A stretch of 64,000 bases of DNA from an uncultured Desulfobacterales bacterium. GTDB lineage: Bacteria > Desulfobacterota > Desulfobacteria > Desulfobacterales > B30-G6. This document shows, piece after piece, positions 1 to 9,893 of the stretch. The number at the start of each line of letters is the position of its first letter. Position 1 is the first letter of the stretch. The position numbers were made by a program, and so were the translations under genes. The notes beneath the pieces are model-generated. The model was not told the origin of the DNA. It was given only the letters and a program-made list of their open reading frames with translations, and made no database searches. Where the stretch lies: the NCBI GenBank assembly GCA_964452555.1, contig CAYVMI010000024.1, positions 11,250 to 75,249 on the forward strand. Reading direction: 5' to 3'.

Positions 1-1
1 T

Positions 2-1177
2 ATGCGCCTGTCCGGCGGGAACGCCTATTTCGGTTCGGGCGAAAATACCCTTTTTATAGTGGATAGTTTCAGCGGGCAGCGCAGAAAATGGCTGCTGGAA
101 GACATCCATGACAGTGTGGCGCTTCAGGACCAGTTGGAACACATCGATTATGTGGCACCGTTGGGTTATGCCTCTGATTGTACACCCAAAATGAGCTGTC
201 TGCGCCAATTCGAAAGCATGCTCACCTATTCCAATAAACCCGTATTTTGGAGCGCATTGGACAACCAAGGCGTGCATGATATTCTCGAAATGGCATCTGT
301 GGTGGCCCCGTCTCGAATGCTGACCGAAAAGCCCTTTATGGTTCAGTTGACCTCTTCAATATCCCCCCTGGTGCATACGCCCGAAGACCTGGGGAAACTT
401 CTGATCTGTGCCGAGAAGCGCCTGCCGTCCATTTACACGCCCACCCACACCGGCGGTGCGACATCGCCGGTAACCCTGGCCGGCACTCTGGTCGTGTGTG
501 TTGCCCAGGCCCTCAGTCTGCTGGCCATCATTCAGTTGAAAAAGGAGGGTGCCCCGATCATTTTACAGGGGGTAACCAAGAACATGGACATGCGGACCAC
601 CATATCCCCATATGGCTCACCGGAGTTCCAATTGACAGAGTGTGCGCTCACGGAAATATTTCACTGGCTGGGTCTGCCCACCTTTGGTACCGCCGGATGC
701 ACGGATGCCAAGGTTGCCGATTCCCAGGCGGCGATGGAATCCTGTTTTTCTTGTTTGAGCCAGGCTTTGAGTGGTACCAATTTGATTCACGATGTCGGTT
801 TCCTGGAATCCGGTCTGACCGGGTCTTTTGATATGCTGGTAATGACCAATGAGTTTTTAGGGATGGTGAAGCGGTTCAAACGGGGCATAGAAGTCAACGA
901 CGAGACCATGGCCGTAGATCTAATTGACAAGGTAGGCATCGGCGGGCATTATATTCAGGAGCGGCACACCCTGGATTATTTCAGATCGGAAACATGGCAG
1001 CCACACCTTCTGGACCGTTCCATCATAGATGAGTGGGAGGAGCAAGGCAGCAAGGATCTGGCCCAACGGACCAAGGAATACATAGGTGAAATTTTAGAAC
1101 GGCCTAGAGAGAAAAAAATCAGTGAAGCGCAAGACGCCGAACTTTCGGCAATCATCAATAACGCCAGGGCTGAGTGA
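2..1177 (+). CDS. MttB-superfamily methyltransferase (trimethylamine/quaternary amine:corrinoid type), 5' end outside window
   Basis: ORF is open to the window edge. It is collinear with the C-terminal two thirds of the two complete MttB-like ORFs here (GGHYIQERHTLDYFRSE tail). No in-frame TAG. Confidence 0.85.
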   Translation: MRLSGGNAYFGSGENTLFIVDSFSGQRRKWLLEDIHDSVALQDQLEHIDYVAPLGYASDCTPKMSCLRQFESMLTYSNKPVFWSALDNQGVHDILEMASVVAPSRMLTEKPFMVQLTSSISPLVHTPEDLGKLLICAEKRLPSIYTPTHTGGATSPVTLAGTLVVCVAQALSLLAIIQLKKEGAPIILQGVTKNMDMRTTISPYGSPEFQLTECALTEIFHWLGLPTFGTAGCTDAKVADSQAAMESCFSCLSQALSGTNLIHDVGFLESGLTGSFDMLVMTNEFLGMVKRFKRGIEVNDETMAVDLIDKVGIGGHYIQERHTLDYFRSETWQPHLLDRSIIDEWEEQGSKDLAQRTKEYIGEILERPREKKISEAQDAELSAIINNARAE

Positions 1178-1241
1178 CGCTGAGGATGCATGTCGTCAAT
1201 TGGTCCTTCAAAATCTTGTATTTCTACTATCCAGGAGAGGA

Positions 1242-1400
1242 ATGCACACGCAGATTGATATTGAGCGCATCCCCGAAGCTTCTATTGAAATGCTTCGGGG
1301 AAACCGTCGTCAAATTTGAGCATTCCGAAACTATAGGGCTGCTTAAAAGAAACGGTATCAGGGTGTCGGGCGATGTTGCTTTCTTTACGGATAAAAGTGA
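1242..1400 (+). pseudogene. Frameshifted N-terminal remnant of an MttB-like gene
   Basis: RBS GGAGAGG precedes ATG 1242, giving MHTQIDIERIPEASIEMLRG. After a frame change near 1300 it reads ETVVKFEHSETIGLLKRNGIRVSGDVAFFTDK. Together these mimic the first ~55 aa of the MttB ORFs at 12797 and 50398 (LSxEExExIxxxSLxILxExG...ELLxxxGxxV), after which similarity is lost. Confidence 0.4.
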
Positions 1401-1542
1401 AAAAAGGGACCTGGATTCCGCTCACACTCAATCTGAAAGATCTTATCTTTATGGGCAGCATTTTATAGGACAATATCGTTTTCTAAATCTGATTTGAAAC
1501 ACAACCCTTAACAAACACCGAAGCTGACAGGGAGGTATAGCC

Positions 1543-2424
1543 ATGTTGCTGGGTTTGCATACGTACAGTTTTCACTTACACGGTATGGGCCAGAATTGGG
1601 GCGGGTATGAGCTGGCCTGGCCCAGGGTGATGGACATCTATGCGCTGATGGATGAGGCCGAAAATCTGGAACTGGACGGATTCCATTTAACCGCCGTGGA
1701 TTGCGAAAGCACAGAGGAGGAAAACCTAAAAAAAATTGGTCAATATGCAAAGGATAGAGGCTTATATTTGGAATACAATTTTTCCTTGAACGAAGAGTTC
1801 GATACGCGTCTCAACAATACTTTTGAGCAGGCCATCACAATCGCCAGCGCACTCGGCGCAGACGTGGCTAAGGTCAGCCTCGATCTCCGGCGCCCCCGCC
1901 CATTGTGTGCTAGCGGCCATCACCCTGAGGTCATGCAACAGTTGGAAAAAATTGCCGGACAGCTTCAGGCCGCAGCGCCAAGAGCCGAAGCCGCCGGCGT
2001 AAGGATTGCAGTGGAAAATCACACCGAGTCACTTTCCAGCGAAGTCCTCTGGCTGATTGAACAGGTGGGGCATCCGTGTGTCGGGGCCTGTGTGGATACG
2101 GTAAATTCAGTTATGGTGCTTGAAGACCCCATGCAAGCCATCGAGAATCTTGTTCCCCGTTCTTTCACCAACCATTTCTGTGATCACCGTATCGAAAGAG
2201 ACCAGTTTGGTTGTCGTTTTACCGGAGTGGCTTGTGGTGATGGTGATATTGACCTAAAACGTGCTCTGGATCTGATCAAAACCCGGTCTTCAATGAAGCG
2301 GATCAATATCGAGGTGGAGTGGGATGCTGGAACAGAACCGCCCGAGGAAGCCCGGCGTCGTGAACGTGAAGCTGTCGAGCGCAGTATTCGCTACTGCCGG
2401 GATGTGTTGGGGATCGGAAAATAG
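1543..2424 (+). CDS. Sugar phosphate isomerase/epimerase-like (xylose isomerase-like TIM barrel) protein
   Basis: 293 aa with RBS GGGAGG upstream. Typical AP-endonuclease-2/TIM-barrel pattern: LGLHTYSF, VAVENH, metal-ligand D/H/E spacing. Confidence 0.65.
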   Translation: MLLGLHTYSFHLHGMGQNWGGYELAWPRVMDIYALMDEAENLELDGFHLTAVDCESTEEENLKKIGQYAKDRGLYLEYNFSLNEEFDTRLNNTFEQAITIASALGADVAKVSLDLRRPRPLCASGHHPEVMQQLEKIAGQLQAAAPRAEAAGVRIAVENHTESLSSEVLWLIEQVGHPCVGACVDTVNSVMVLEDPMQAIENLVPRSFTNHFCDHRIERDQFGCRFTGVACGDGDIDLKRALDLIKTRSSMKRINIEVEWDAGTEPPEEARRREREAVERSIRYCRDVLGIGK

Positions 2425-2461
2425 GTTTGGAAGATAAGCAATAACAGAAAGGGATCGATGG

Positions 2462-3238
2462 ATGGAAGAAAATGCTGCAGTTTACCAACAAATCGAAAAT
2501 ATTGGAATCATAACACTTAATCGGCCCCACCGTCTTAATGCCATTAACGAGGCCCTTTTAAAGGGTTTAATTAACCAGCTGCTTCGAGCACAACAGGATT
2601 CAGGCATTAAATCAGTAATATTGACCGGCGCTGGTCGAGCATTTTGTGCTGGAGAAGATCTAAAGGAAACTTCAGCGGGTAAAACCTTTGCACAGTGGAC
2701 AGTGGAGGTAGATAGACTGCAGGATGTTCAGCGAGTCATTCTGGGGTTGGGCAAGCCATTGATTGCCGCCGTTAACGGTTACGCTGTAGGCGGTGGTTTG
2801 GAGTTTGCTTTAAGCTGTGACATGCGGATTGCCGCGGAAGATGTGCAAATGGGATTTCCTGAAACCGGTGTTGGGCTGACGGTTACTACCGCCGGAACCA
2901 AATTGATTTCTCAGATTGTCGGTCTCGGAAAAGCCAAAGAATTGATCCTGACCGGCAGGCTGGTGGATGCTCATGAAGCGCTTGACATCGGGTTGGTGAA
3001 CAAGGTTGTGGATATCGAGACTCTCCTCGACCATGCGATCGAGGTGTGCCGAATCCTGAACCAACGTTCGCCGCTGGCTTTGAGACTGTCACGTATTGCC
3101 ATCGATCAGGGATTGCACTCGAGTTTTGAGCAGATTCTGGAACTAGAGGCCTCTCACCTGTTGACCTGCATAAATTCTGATGAGCAGCAGGCCTTGGTGG
3201 CGGATAAATTGAAAACCATGCAGGTCAAAAAGCGGTAA
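2462..3238 (+). CDS. Enoyl-CoA hydratase/isomerase (crotonase) family protein
   Basis: ITLNRPHRLNAI, GAGRAFCAGEDL and NGYAVGGGLEFALSCDMRIA are crotonase oxyanion-hole signatures. Confidence 0.9.
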   Translation: MEENAAVYQQIENIGIITLNRPHRLNAINEALLKGLINQLLRAQQDSGIKSVILTGAGRAFCAGEDLKETSAGKTFAQWTVEVDRLQDVQRVILGLGKPLIAAVNGYAVGGGLEFALSCDMRIAAEDVQMGFPETGVGLTVTTAGTKLISQIVGLGKAKELILTGRLVDAHEALDIGLVNKVVDIETLLDHAIEVCRILNQRSPLALRLSRIAIDQGLHSSFEQILELEASHLLTCINSDEQQALVADKLKTMQVKKR

Positions 3239-3263
3239 AACGAATCCGGAAGAGGTAGCATCG

Positions 3264-4880
3264 ATGTTGAAAGGGCGAACTTATGATGAGGTGTGCCGAA
3301 ATTTCAGGTGGAATCTGCCCGACACCTACAATATCGGTGTGGATGTATGCGATAAATGGGCCAATAGTCGCAAACGATTGGCCCTCATATACGTGGGACA
3401 GGATGAAAAAGAACAGCGCTATTCTTTTCAGGACATCAAGATTTGGTCTAACAGGTTGGCTAATGCCTTGGCCGCCCATGGGGTTGAAAAGGGAGACCGT
3501 ATAGGCATTCTGCTCCCCCAATGCCCAGAAACGTTGATTTCTCATATCGCGACCTATAAGCTGGGATGCATTGCTTTGCCGCTGTTGACGCTGTTCGGCC
3601 CCATGGCCATTGAGTATCGGCTCAAGGACAGTGCCGCCAAGGTTGTAATCTCCAATGAAAAAAGCTTGACGAAAATAATTGAAATCCAGGATCGTTTGCC
3701 TGACTTGAAGCTGATTTTAGTGAAGGGAGGTGGCGACAGGGACGGCACCGTGGATTTCTGGAAATGCCTGAAGCATGGCAAGAGTGATTTTAACCCGGTT
3801 GCCACCCATCCCGATGACCCGGCCCTGATCATTTATACGTCCGGCACGACAGGCCAGCCCAAAGGGACGCTGCATGCCCACCGACTGCTTCTGGGGATTA
3901 TGCCGGGTTTTGAATTTTACCACAACCTGTTTCCCCAAGAAAACGATCTGATGTATACACCGTTGGATTGGGCCTATATCGGAGGGTCTTACGATGCACT
4001 GTTCCCTTCCTTGCACCATGGCGTGCCCGTACTCTCATTCAGGCCACCCAAATTCGATCCTGAAAAAGCTTTTTACATAATGGAAAAATATGCGGTTCGA
4101 AACCTGATGGTCGTGCCTACCATATTGAGAATGATGATGCACGAGGTTAAAAACGTGACCAAACGCTACAAGATTAATCTGAGATCAGTAACCGCCGGCG
4201 GTGAGACCCTCGGGGGGGAGTTGTACCAGTGGAGCCGTGAAGTGCTGGGCGTGGATATCAATGAGCAGTATGGCCAGACAGAGTGTGATCTTGTGATCGG
4301 TTTTTGTGGTGACATCATGCCCATTGTCCAGGGTGCTATCGGGAAGGCCGTGCCCGGACACCATGTAGAGATTCTGAATTCCGATGGCACTTTGGCGGAT
4401 GTCAATGAAGATGGCGAAATTTGCGTCAAGCGGCCGGATCCGGTTATGTTTCTGCGTTATTGGAACAACCCTAAAGCCACGCTTGCTAAATTTTCCCATC
4501 AATGGATGAAGACCGGAGACCTTGGGCGCAAAGATGAAAACGGTCTTTTCTGGTTTACGGGCAGGGCGGACGACCTTATCGAGAGCGGTGGCTACAGAAT
4601 CGGTCCCGGAGAGATAGAGGCCTGCCTGATGCAACACGAGGCGGTGGCACTGGTTTGCGTTCTGGGGGTCCCGGATCCCATAAGGGGTGAGATCGTCAAG
4701 GCCTTCATAGTGCCCAAAGCGGGATTCATCCCCAACCAGTCGCTGGAGGAAAGCATTCGCAAACATGTGAAGAAAAGGTTGGAAGCGCACGCTTATCCCC
4801 GGATCATTCAGTTTCTGGAAGCCATGCCCATGACCAAAACAGGAAAAATTCTGAAAAGCAAGCTAAAAGAGATGCAATAA
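3264..4880 (+). CDS. AMP-dependent acyl-CoA synthetase/ligase
   Basis: Carries the AMP-binding motif IIYTSGTTGQPKG, the YGQTE motif, TGDLGRKDENG and a C-terminal KTGKI lysine motif. Confidence 0.9.
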   Translation: MLKGRTYDEVCRNFRWNLPDTYNIGVDVCDKWANSRKRLALIYVGQDEKEQRYSFQDIKIWSNRLANALAAHGVEKGDRIGILLPQCPETLISHIATYKLGCIALPLLTLFGPMAIEYRLKDSAAKVVISNEKSLTKIIEIQDRLPDLKLILVKGGGDRDGTVDFWKCLKHGKSDFNPVATHPDDPALIIYTSGTTGQPKGTLHAHRLLLGIMPGFEFYHNLFPQENDLMYTPLDWAYIGGSYDALFPSLHHGVPVLSFRPPKFDPEKAFYIMEKYAVRNLMVVPTILRMMMHEVKNVTKRYKINLRSVTAGGETLGGELYQWSREVLGVDINEQYGQTECDLVIGFCGDIMPIVQGAIGKAVPGHHVEILNSDGTLADVNEDGEICVKRPDPVMFLRYWNNPKATLAKFSHQWMKTGDLGRKDENGLFWFTGRADDLIESGGYRIGPGEIEACLMQHEAVALVCVLGVPDPIRGEIVKAFIVPKAGFIPNQSLEESIRKHVKKRLEAHAYPRIIQFLEAMPMTKTGKILKSKLKEMQ

Positions 4881-4934
4881 TGTTGCGGAAGATATTCAAA
4901 AATAGAAAAGACGAATGTCCAACATCCAAGGCTG

Positions 4935-4972
4935 TTGTCAACCTTGACAAAAAATTAAGGTATGTAATATAT
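4935..4972 (+). promoter_or_regulatory. Putative sigma-70 promoter with overlapping palindromic operator upstream of the GntR gene
   Basis: Perfect inverted repeat TTGTCAA-cc-TTGACAA at 4935-4950. Its right arm supplies a consensus -35 TTGACA (4944-4949). An ATATAT/TAATAT -10-like box follows at 15-17 nt spacing. Confidence 0.35.
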
Positions 4973-4995
4973 CAGAAACGTAAAAAAGCAACTCA

Positions 4996-5688
4996 ATGAT
5001 ATCCAGCAGAACCATGAGGTTTTTTGCAATGCCAAAGTTGTCTACTATTGAAAAACCGGAATCTCTATCCAAAATGGCATATGACTCAATCCGGGATTCC
5101 ATTCTTTCCGGTGGATGGGAAATTGGTGAGTTATATAATGAAAAAGCAATTGCTGCCGATCTCGGCATTTCACGAACACCGGTCAGAGAGGCTCTATTGG
5201 AGCTTGCTACTCAAGGCCTAGTCATCTTTTTACCCCGTCGGGGGATAATGGTCAATCGCTTTACCCGGCGCGACGTTGAAGAGATTTTCGAACTGAGAAA
5301 AGCTATCGAGCTGGCGGCTGTGGAAAAAGTTACCAAGACATCTCCCCCATTTGATCTTATTGAAATAGAGGAATCCTTGCTCCAGCAACGTAAGGCCGCA
5401 AAAGAAAAAGATTATCTCACATTCATGGAGGCCGACAGATCGTTTCACACCTACTTCAGTAAATTAACCAACAACCGCCGAATGATCGAAATTTTAGGGA
5501 ACCTCAGGGATATGATCCATCTGATGGGCTACAAGGCCTTGTCTGCCGAAGGACGTGCATCCAAGGTTATCGATGAACATGAGAAGATTTTTCAAGCTGT
5601 CAAAAAAGGACAACCCCAAAAAGCGCGTCAAGCCCTGGCTTATCATTTGAATCAAAGCAAGAAGGCGGTTACGGAATCGGGGTTATAG
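4996..5688 (+). CDS. GntR-family (FadR/FCD-type) transcriptional regulator
   Basis: N-terminal wHTH (EKAIAADLGISRTPVREAL) followed by an all-helical FCD-like C-terminus. The start is uncertain, with alternative Met codons at 5014 and 5029. Confidence 0.85.
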   Translation: MISSRTMRFFAMPKLSTIEKPESLSKMAYDSIRDSILSGGWEIGELYNEKAIAADLGISRTPVREALLELATQGLVIFLPRRGIMVNRFTRRDVEEIFELRKAIELAAVEKVTKTSPPFDLIEIEESLLQQRKAAKEKDYLTFMEADRSFHTYFSKLTNNRRMIEILGNLRDMIHLMGYKALSAEGRASKVIDEHEKIFQAVKKGQPQKARQALAYHLNQSKKAVTESGL

Positions 5689-5744
5689 TCCGGACGGATC
5701 AGGCTTGACCAATTAAATCGATTGAAAACCTAGGGAGCTATCCT

Positions 5745-6641
5745 ATGTCAATCCATCCATTTGAATACCATGCACCCAAAAGTCTATCGGAAGCTGTTGA
5801 GCTATGTGTCCGCCTGGGCTTGAATGCCAAAGTACTTGCTGGCGGTACCGATCTTTTGCCAGCCCTTAAATCCCGGACCGTCCGCCCAAAAGCCGTTATC
5901 AGTCTCCATGCCGTTAAAGACCTGAATTACGTGGCAAAAGAAAACGGCCACCTGCGGGTGGGTGCATTGGCCCTACACGCCGATCTGGCTGACAATTCGC
6001 TTATCAAGGATACCGTACCGATTCTGGCTCAGGCCTGCAATTTGATCGGCTCCTGGCAGATCCGCAACATCGCCACCATTGGCGGCAATCTGTGCAATGC
6101 ATCGCCGGTGGCAGACACAGCCGGCCCCTTGTTGGTGTTAGATGCTACCGTGATATTGCAAGGTCCCGAAGGTCGTCGAGAGATAACGGCACTCAATTTT
6201 TTTACCGGACCCGGTACCACTGATCTCAAACCGGGTGAACTTTTAAAGGAAATACGTATCCCCTTGCCAGGTACCGGGTCGGCTGGATGTTATTTGAAAC
6301 TGATGCGCCGTAAGGCGCTTGATCTGGCTTTAGTCGGGGTAGCCATTCAAGCAGAACCAGACCATGTAAACGGAACACTTGGGGAAATCGCCATTGCGCT
6401 GGGCGGTGTAGCGCCCACACCTATACGTGTACCTGAGGCGGAGAATTTGCTGACTGGGCTGGACTACACTGCCGCCAGAAAAGCTGTACCCCAGGCCGCG
6501 CAGACAGCGGTGGCGGCCTGCAATCCCATCTCCGATGTGCGGGCCTCGGCCGAATATCGTCGTAGTATTACTGAAATGTATGTGACCAAAGGACTCACGG
6601 CATTGCTCGAAACCCTGGAGAAAAGGAGCACCTCATCATGA
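5745..6641 (+). CDS. Molybdo-hydroxylase (xanthine dehydrogenase/CO dehydrogenase family) FAD-binding medium subunit
   Basis: CoxM/XdhB-like: LAGGTDL, ATIGGNL and a C-terminal SDVRASAEYRR motif. Translationally coupled to the next gene (ATGA overlap). Confidence 0.85.
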   Translation: MSIHPFEYHAPKSLSEAVELCVRLGLNAKVLAGGTDLLPALKSRTVRPKAVISLHAVKDLNYVAKENGHLRVGALALHADLADNSLIKDTVPILAQACNLIGSWQIRNIATIGGNLCNASPVADTAGPLLVLDATVILQGPEGRREITALNFFTGPGTTDLKPGELLKEIRIPLPGTGSAGCYLKLMRRKALDLALVGVAIQAEPDHVNGTLGEIAIALGGVAPTPIRVPEAENLLTGLDYTAARKAVPQAAQTAVAACNPISDVRASAEYRRSITEMYVTKGLTALLETLEKRSTSS

Positions 6642-7126
6642 AAATCCCTCTCAATATTACGGTAAACGGAGAGAAGCTCAAGCTGGCAGTTGAGCCCCAG
6701 CACACCCTGTTGGAGGTTATCCGCCAGGAATTGGGATTGACAGGTGCCAAAGAAGGCTGCGGTGTGGGCGAGTGCGGGGCCTGCACCGTGCTGCTGAACG
6801 GCCGGCCGGTGGACTCGTGTCTGGTTTTGGCACTCCAGGCCGAAGGGGCCGAGATTGTCACCATCGAAGGATTAGCCAAAGGTGAGCAGGCCGATCCTTT
6901 GCAAACCGCCTTTGTGAAAAAGGGCGCCGTACAATGCGGTTTCTGTACACCCGGAATGATCCTGACTTCCAAAGCTTTATTGAAACAATCTGCCAATCCG
7001 GAAAGGGAGGAAATCAAGCAGGCCCTGTCGGGAAACTTTTGTCGTTGTACCGGATATAACAAGATTGTAAATGCGGTGCAGTTTTGTGCCCATTCGCCGA
7101 CCAAGAAGGAGGCTCCCCATGACTGA
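6638..7126 (+). CDS. Molybdo-hydroxylase [2Fe-2S]-binding small subunit
   Basis: Contains CGVGECGACTV and QCGFCTPG...CRCTGY, the two 2Fe-2S cysteine clusters. Confidence 0.9.
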   Translation: MKIPLNITVNGEKLKLAVEPQHTLLEVIRQELGLTGAKEGCGVGECGACTVLLNGRPVDSCLVLALQAEGAEIVTIEGLAKGEQADPLQTAFVKKGAVQCGFCTPGMILTSKALLKQSANPEREEIKQALSGNFCRCTGYNKIVNAVQFCAHSPTKKEAPHD

Positions 7127-9407
7127 TTTCGACGTTATCGGCAAACCCATCCCTCAGATTGCCGGAATGCAAAAAGCCATGGGGCGCACCCGGTTCGTCT
7201 CCGATCTGGCGCTGCCCTACATGCTCCACGGAGCGATTCTGAAAAGCCCGCATGCCCACGCGCGCATTACAAGGTTGGACACCTCCCGGGCAAAGCGTGT
7301 GCCCGGTGTGCAGGCGGTTATCACTTTTGCCGACACGCCGGGAATCAAGTATGGCCCCCGTTCCGAAGACTGGTACATTTTTGCCAAAGACAGGACGCTG
7401 TTTCACGGTCATGAAGTGGCGGCTGTCGCTGCCGTGGACCCGAAAACAGCGGCGGAAGCGCTGGAGTTGGTCGATGTCGAGTACGAGCCCCTACCGGCGG
7501 TGATCGATCCTCGCAAAGCCCTTGAGGAGGGAGCGCCGCTGGTCATCGAGGAGAAGGGCGACAATCTGGCTTTTGAATTTAAAATCGATTCCGGGGAAGT
7601 CGACCGGGCCCTGGATGAATCCTATTTCGTCTACGAGGACCACTACTACACCAATCAGGTCTACCAGGCCTACCTGGAACCCATGGGCTGTGTGGCCGAA
7701 ATGGACCTTAATGGGCGTTATATTCTCCACACCGGGACCCAGATCCCCAACATGATGCGCATGACCTACGCCAAGGCTTTGGGCGTACCTGCGGACCGAA
7801 TTCGGGTAAAGGTGCCCGAATATGGTGGTGCCTTTGGGGGCAAGATGGAGCACAATATCCATCTTATCGCTGCGTTGCTCTCCCAAAAAGCAGGTCGACC
7901 GGTGCGATTGTTTTACAACCGCCATGAGGATTTTATCGCCGGAAATCCCCGGGTACCCATGCATTTTGATATCAAGCTGGGGGTGGACAAAAACGGACGC
8001 ATCACGGCCAAGGATGTTCAAGTGGTTGGTTCAGCCGGTGCCCGCCTGGTATACGGCCACATTATCCTGATGACAGCCTGCTATCGGGTGGATTCGCTGT
8101 ATAAATTTCCCAATGTTCGTGCGCTGGGATTAACGGCCTACACCCACACCGTTCCCACGAGTTGTTATCGAGGATTCGGCAATGCCCAGGCCACTTTCGT
8201 TCTGGAATCGAGCTTGGACATGGTGGCTGAAAAACTGGGCATGGATCCGGCTGAACTGCGGCTAATCAACGATTTGGGTCCCGATTCCACCTCCATTCAT
8301 GGTTGGAAGATCAATTCCAACGCTCTGGCTGATTGTATCCGTTCGGCCACGACCAAAGCCGATTGGCAACGTAAGCGAGCAACAAAAAAACCGTTACGCG
8401 GCATCGGCCTGGCCTGCTGTAACCATGTGTCCGGCAACCGGCCCTTTGCCCGCGAGTTTGACGGCGGCGCCGGAATCGTTCACGTGGGCCGCGACGGCCG
8501 GGTTACGGTTTTCCACGGAGAATCAGACATGGGTCAGGGCCAGAACACTGTTTTTGCCCAAATAGCGGCTGAGCGCCTCGGGGTCCCGCTTGATTACATC
8601 AGTGTGGCCATGGTGGATACAGACATCAGTCCTTTTGGCTGCGGCAGTTTCGCTACCCGCGGAACACTGATGGGTGGTAATGGGGTACTAGCGGCGGCCG
8701 AGGACGCCTTTAACCAGCTGGCGAAGGTAGCCGCCGATCTGCTTGAAACCGATCCGACAAACGTCAGGTGCCGCAAGGGAAAATTTTTCTCCACCGGGGC
8801 ACCCGATCAAACCGTGGATTGGTATGCCGTAGCCGATCAAGCCGCCATCGCCCGCAAGGGAGCTCCAATCATGGGACAGGGATTTTATGATCCGCCCACG
8901 GTCCTGCCTGATCCGGAAACAAAATACGGCAATATATCACCGGCCTACCCTTTTGCATGCCAGATTGCCGAAGTGGAAGTCGACCCGGACACCGGGCAGG
9001 TGACGGTGACTAGTTTCGTCGCCGCGCATGATGTGGGACGGGCCCTGAATCCCATGGCGCTGGAAGGCCAGATTCAAGGCGGTGTGGCTCAGGGCATGGG
9101 TTGGGCCTTGACGGAAGACATGGCCTACGATGAAGATGGACGCCTGCTCAATCCCGATTTTGTGGACTATGTGGTGCCGGGCCCCCTGGATGTCCCTGAG
9201 ATTGAAACCATCCTGGTGGAACCCGTTGAAAAGGAAGGGCCATACGGCGCCAAAGGAATCGGTGAACCGGCACTCAACCCCGCCATGGCCGCGATTACCA
9301 ATGCGATTTACAATGCTACCGGCATCAGGTTTAAAACCTTGCCTGTTTCACCTGAAAAAATGCTCAATGAGCTTAAACGGCAAAATGAAAAGATAGAAAA
9401 CAAATAG
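7119..9407 (+). CDS. Molybdo-hydroxylase molybdopterin-binding large subunit
   Basis: Aldehyde oxidase/xanthine dehydrogenase a/b-hammerhead and MoCo domains (GGAFGGK, YRGFG, C-terminal GIGEPA). Start placed at ATG 7119 behind RBS GAAGGAGG rather than the track start 7071. Confidence 0.9.
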   Translation: MTDFDVIGKPIPQIAGMQKAMGRTRFVSDLALPYMLHGAILKSPHAHARITRLDTSRAKRVPGVQAVITFADTPGIKYGPRSEDWYIFAKDRTLFHGHEVAAVAAVDPKTAAEALELVDVEYEPLPAVIDPRKALEEGAPLVIEEKGDNLAFEFKIDSGEVDRALDESYFVYEDHYYTNQVYQAYLEPMGCVAEMDLNGRYILHTGTQIPNMMRMTYAKALGVPADRIRVKVPEYGGAFGGKMEHNIHLIAALLSQKAGRPVRLFYNRHEDFIAGNPRVPMHFDIKLGVDKNGRITAKDVQVVGSAGARLVYGHIILMTACYRVDSLYKFPNVRALGLTAYTHTVPTSCYRGFGNAQATFVLESSLDMVAEKLGMDPAELRLINDLGPDSTSIHGWKINSNALADCIRSATTKADWQRKRATKKPLRGIGLACCNHVSGNRPFAREFDGGAGIVHVGRDGRVTVFHGESDMGQGQNTVFAQIAAERLGVPLDYISVAMVDTDISPFGCGSFATRGTLMGGNGVLAAAEDAFNQLAKVAADLLETDPTNVRCRKGKFFSTGAPDQTVDWYAVADQAAIARKGAPIMGQGFYDPPTVLPDPETKYGNISPAYPFACQIAEVEVDPDTGQVTVTSFVAAHDVGRALNPMALEGQIQGGVAQGMGWALTEDMAYDEDGRLLNPDFVDYVVPGPLDVPEIETILVEPVEKEGPYGAKGIGEPALNPAMAAITNAIYNATGIRFKTLPVSPEKMLNELKRQNEKIENK

Positions 9408-9433
9408 TAATTGATTTTTCGAGGAGGTGTTGG

Positions 9434-9778
9434 ATGCCAAAACCAGAGATTGAATTCAAAGACTACGATACCGAGTGGCAATGGCGCCCGGTGGAGGGAG
9501 ACACGCTGGGCATCAAGGAAAAAATTCTTTCGGAGGATCCCGAGACAGGGGACTACACGCGCATGCTTAAATTCCCGCCGGGCATTGAAACCAGCGAGAC
9601 CCTGGTACATGACTTTTGGGAGGAGGTCCTGATTGTAGAGGGCATCTTATACGACATCGCTAAAGACCAAACCTTTTTACCTGGTTTTTATGCCTGCCGT
9701 CCACCGGGAATGACCCATGGACCCTATCGGATCCCGAACGGTTGTGTGACCTTCGAGATTCGCTATTACAAAAAATGA
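9434..9778 (+). CDS. Small cupin-fold protein
   Basis: 114 aa with RBS GAGGAGG. Beta-rich sequence with an HDFWEEVLIVEG...HGP pattern typical of cupin_2-like proteins. Confidence 0.55.
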   Translation: MPKPEIEFKDYDTEWQWRPVEGDTLGIKEKILSEDPETGDYTRMLKFPPGIETSETLVHDFWEEVLIVEGILYDIAKDQTFLPGFYACRPPGMTHGPYRIPNGCVTFEIRYYKK

Positions 9779-9804
9779 TGAATTCGTAAAAAGTCGAATT
9801 CATC
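9777..9804 (+). terminator. Perfect 10-bp stem-loop overlapping the cupin stop codon
   Basis: GATGAATTCG-taaaaagt-CGAATTCATC followed by GGTTTT. Confidence 0.4.
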
Positions 9805-9893
9805 GGTTTTAGGTTTTAAGTTTTAGGTTTTAGGACAAAAAACAGGTTACATTTACAGCCACTTAAAACTTAACACCTAAAACTTAAAACGCC
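9805..9893. repeat. Inverted pair of tandem 7-8-nt repeat arrays, (G)GTTTTA(A/G) x4 and its complement x4, around a 26-nt spacer
   Basis: GGTTTTAGGTTTTAAGTTTTAGGTTTTAGG (9805-9834) faces ACTTAAAACTTAACACCTAAAACTTAAAACGCC (9861-9893). Confidence 0.7.

Noticed and set aside
4185-4790. Long antisense or overlapping ORFs inside well-supported genes. Examples: 4185-4790(-), 6595-7104(-), 7491-8021(-), 11885-12442(-), 12914-13549(-), 32535-32942(-), 33045-33479(-), 56848-57417(-), 62631-63356(+).
   Set aside because: Each lies entirely within a longer ORF that has clear family motifs on the other strand or frame. Their compositions (Arg/Pro/Gly-rich, no motifs, no RBS) are typical shadow ORFs of GC-moderate coding DNA.
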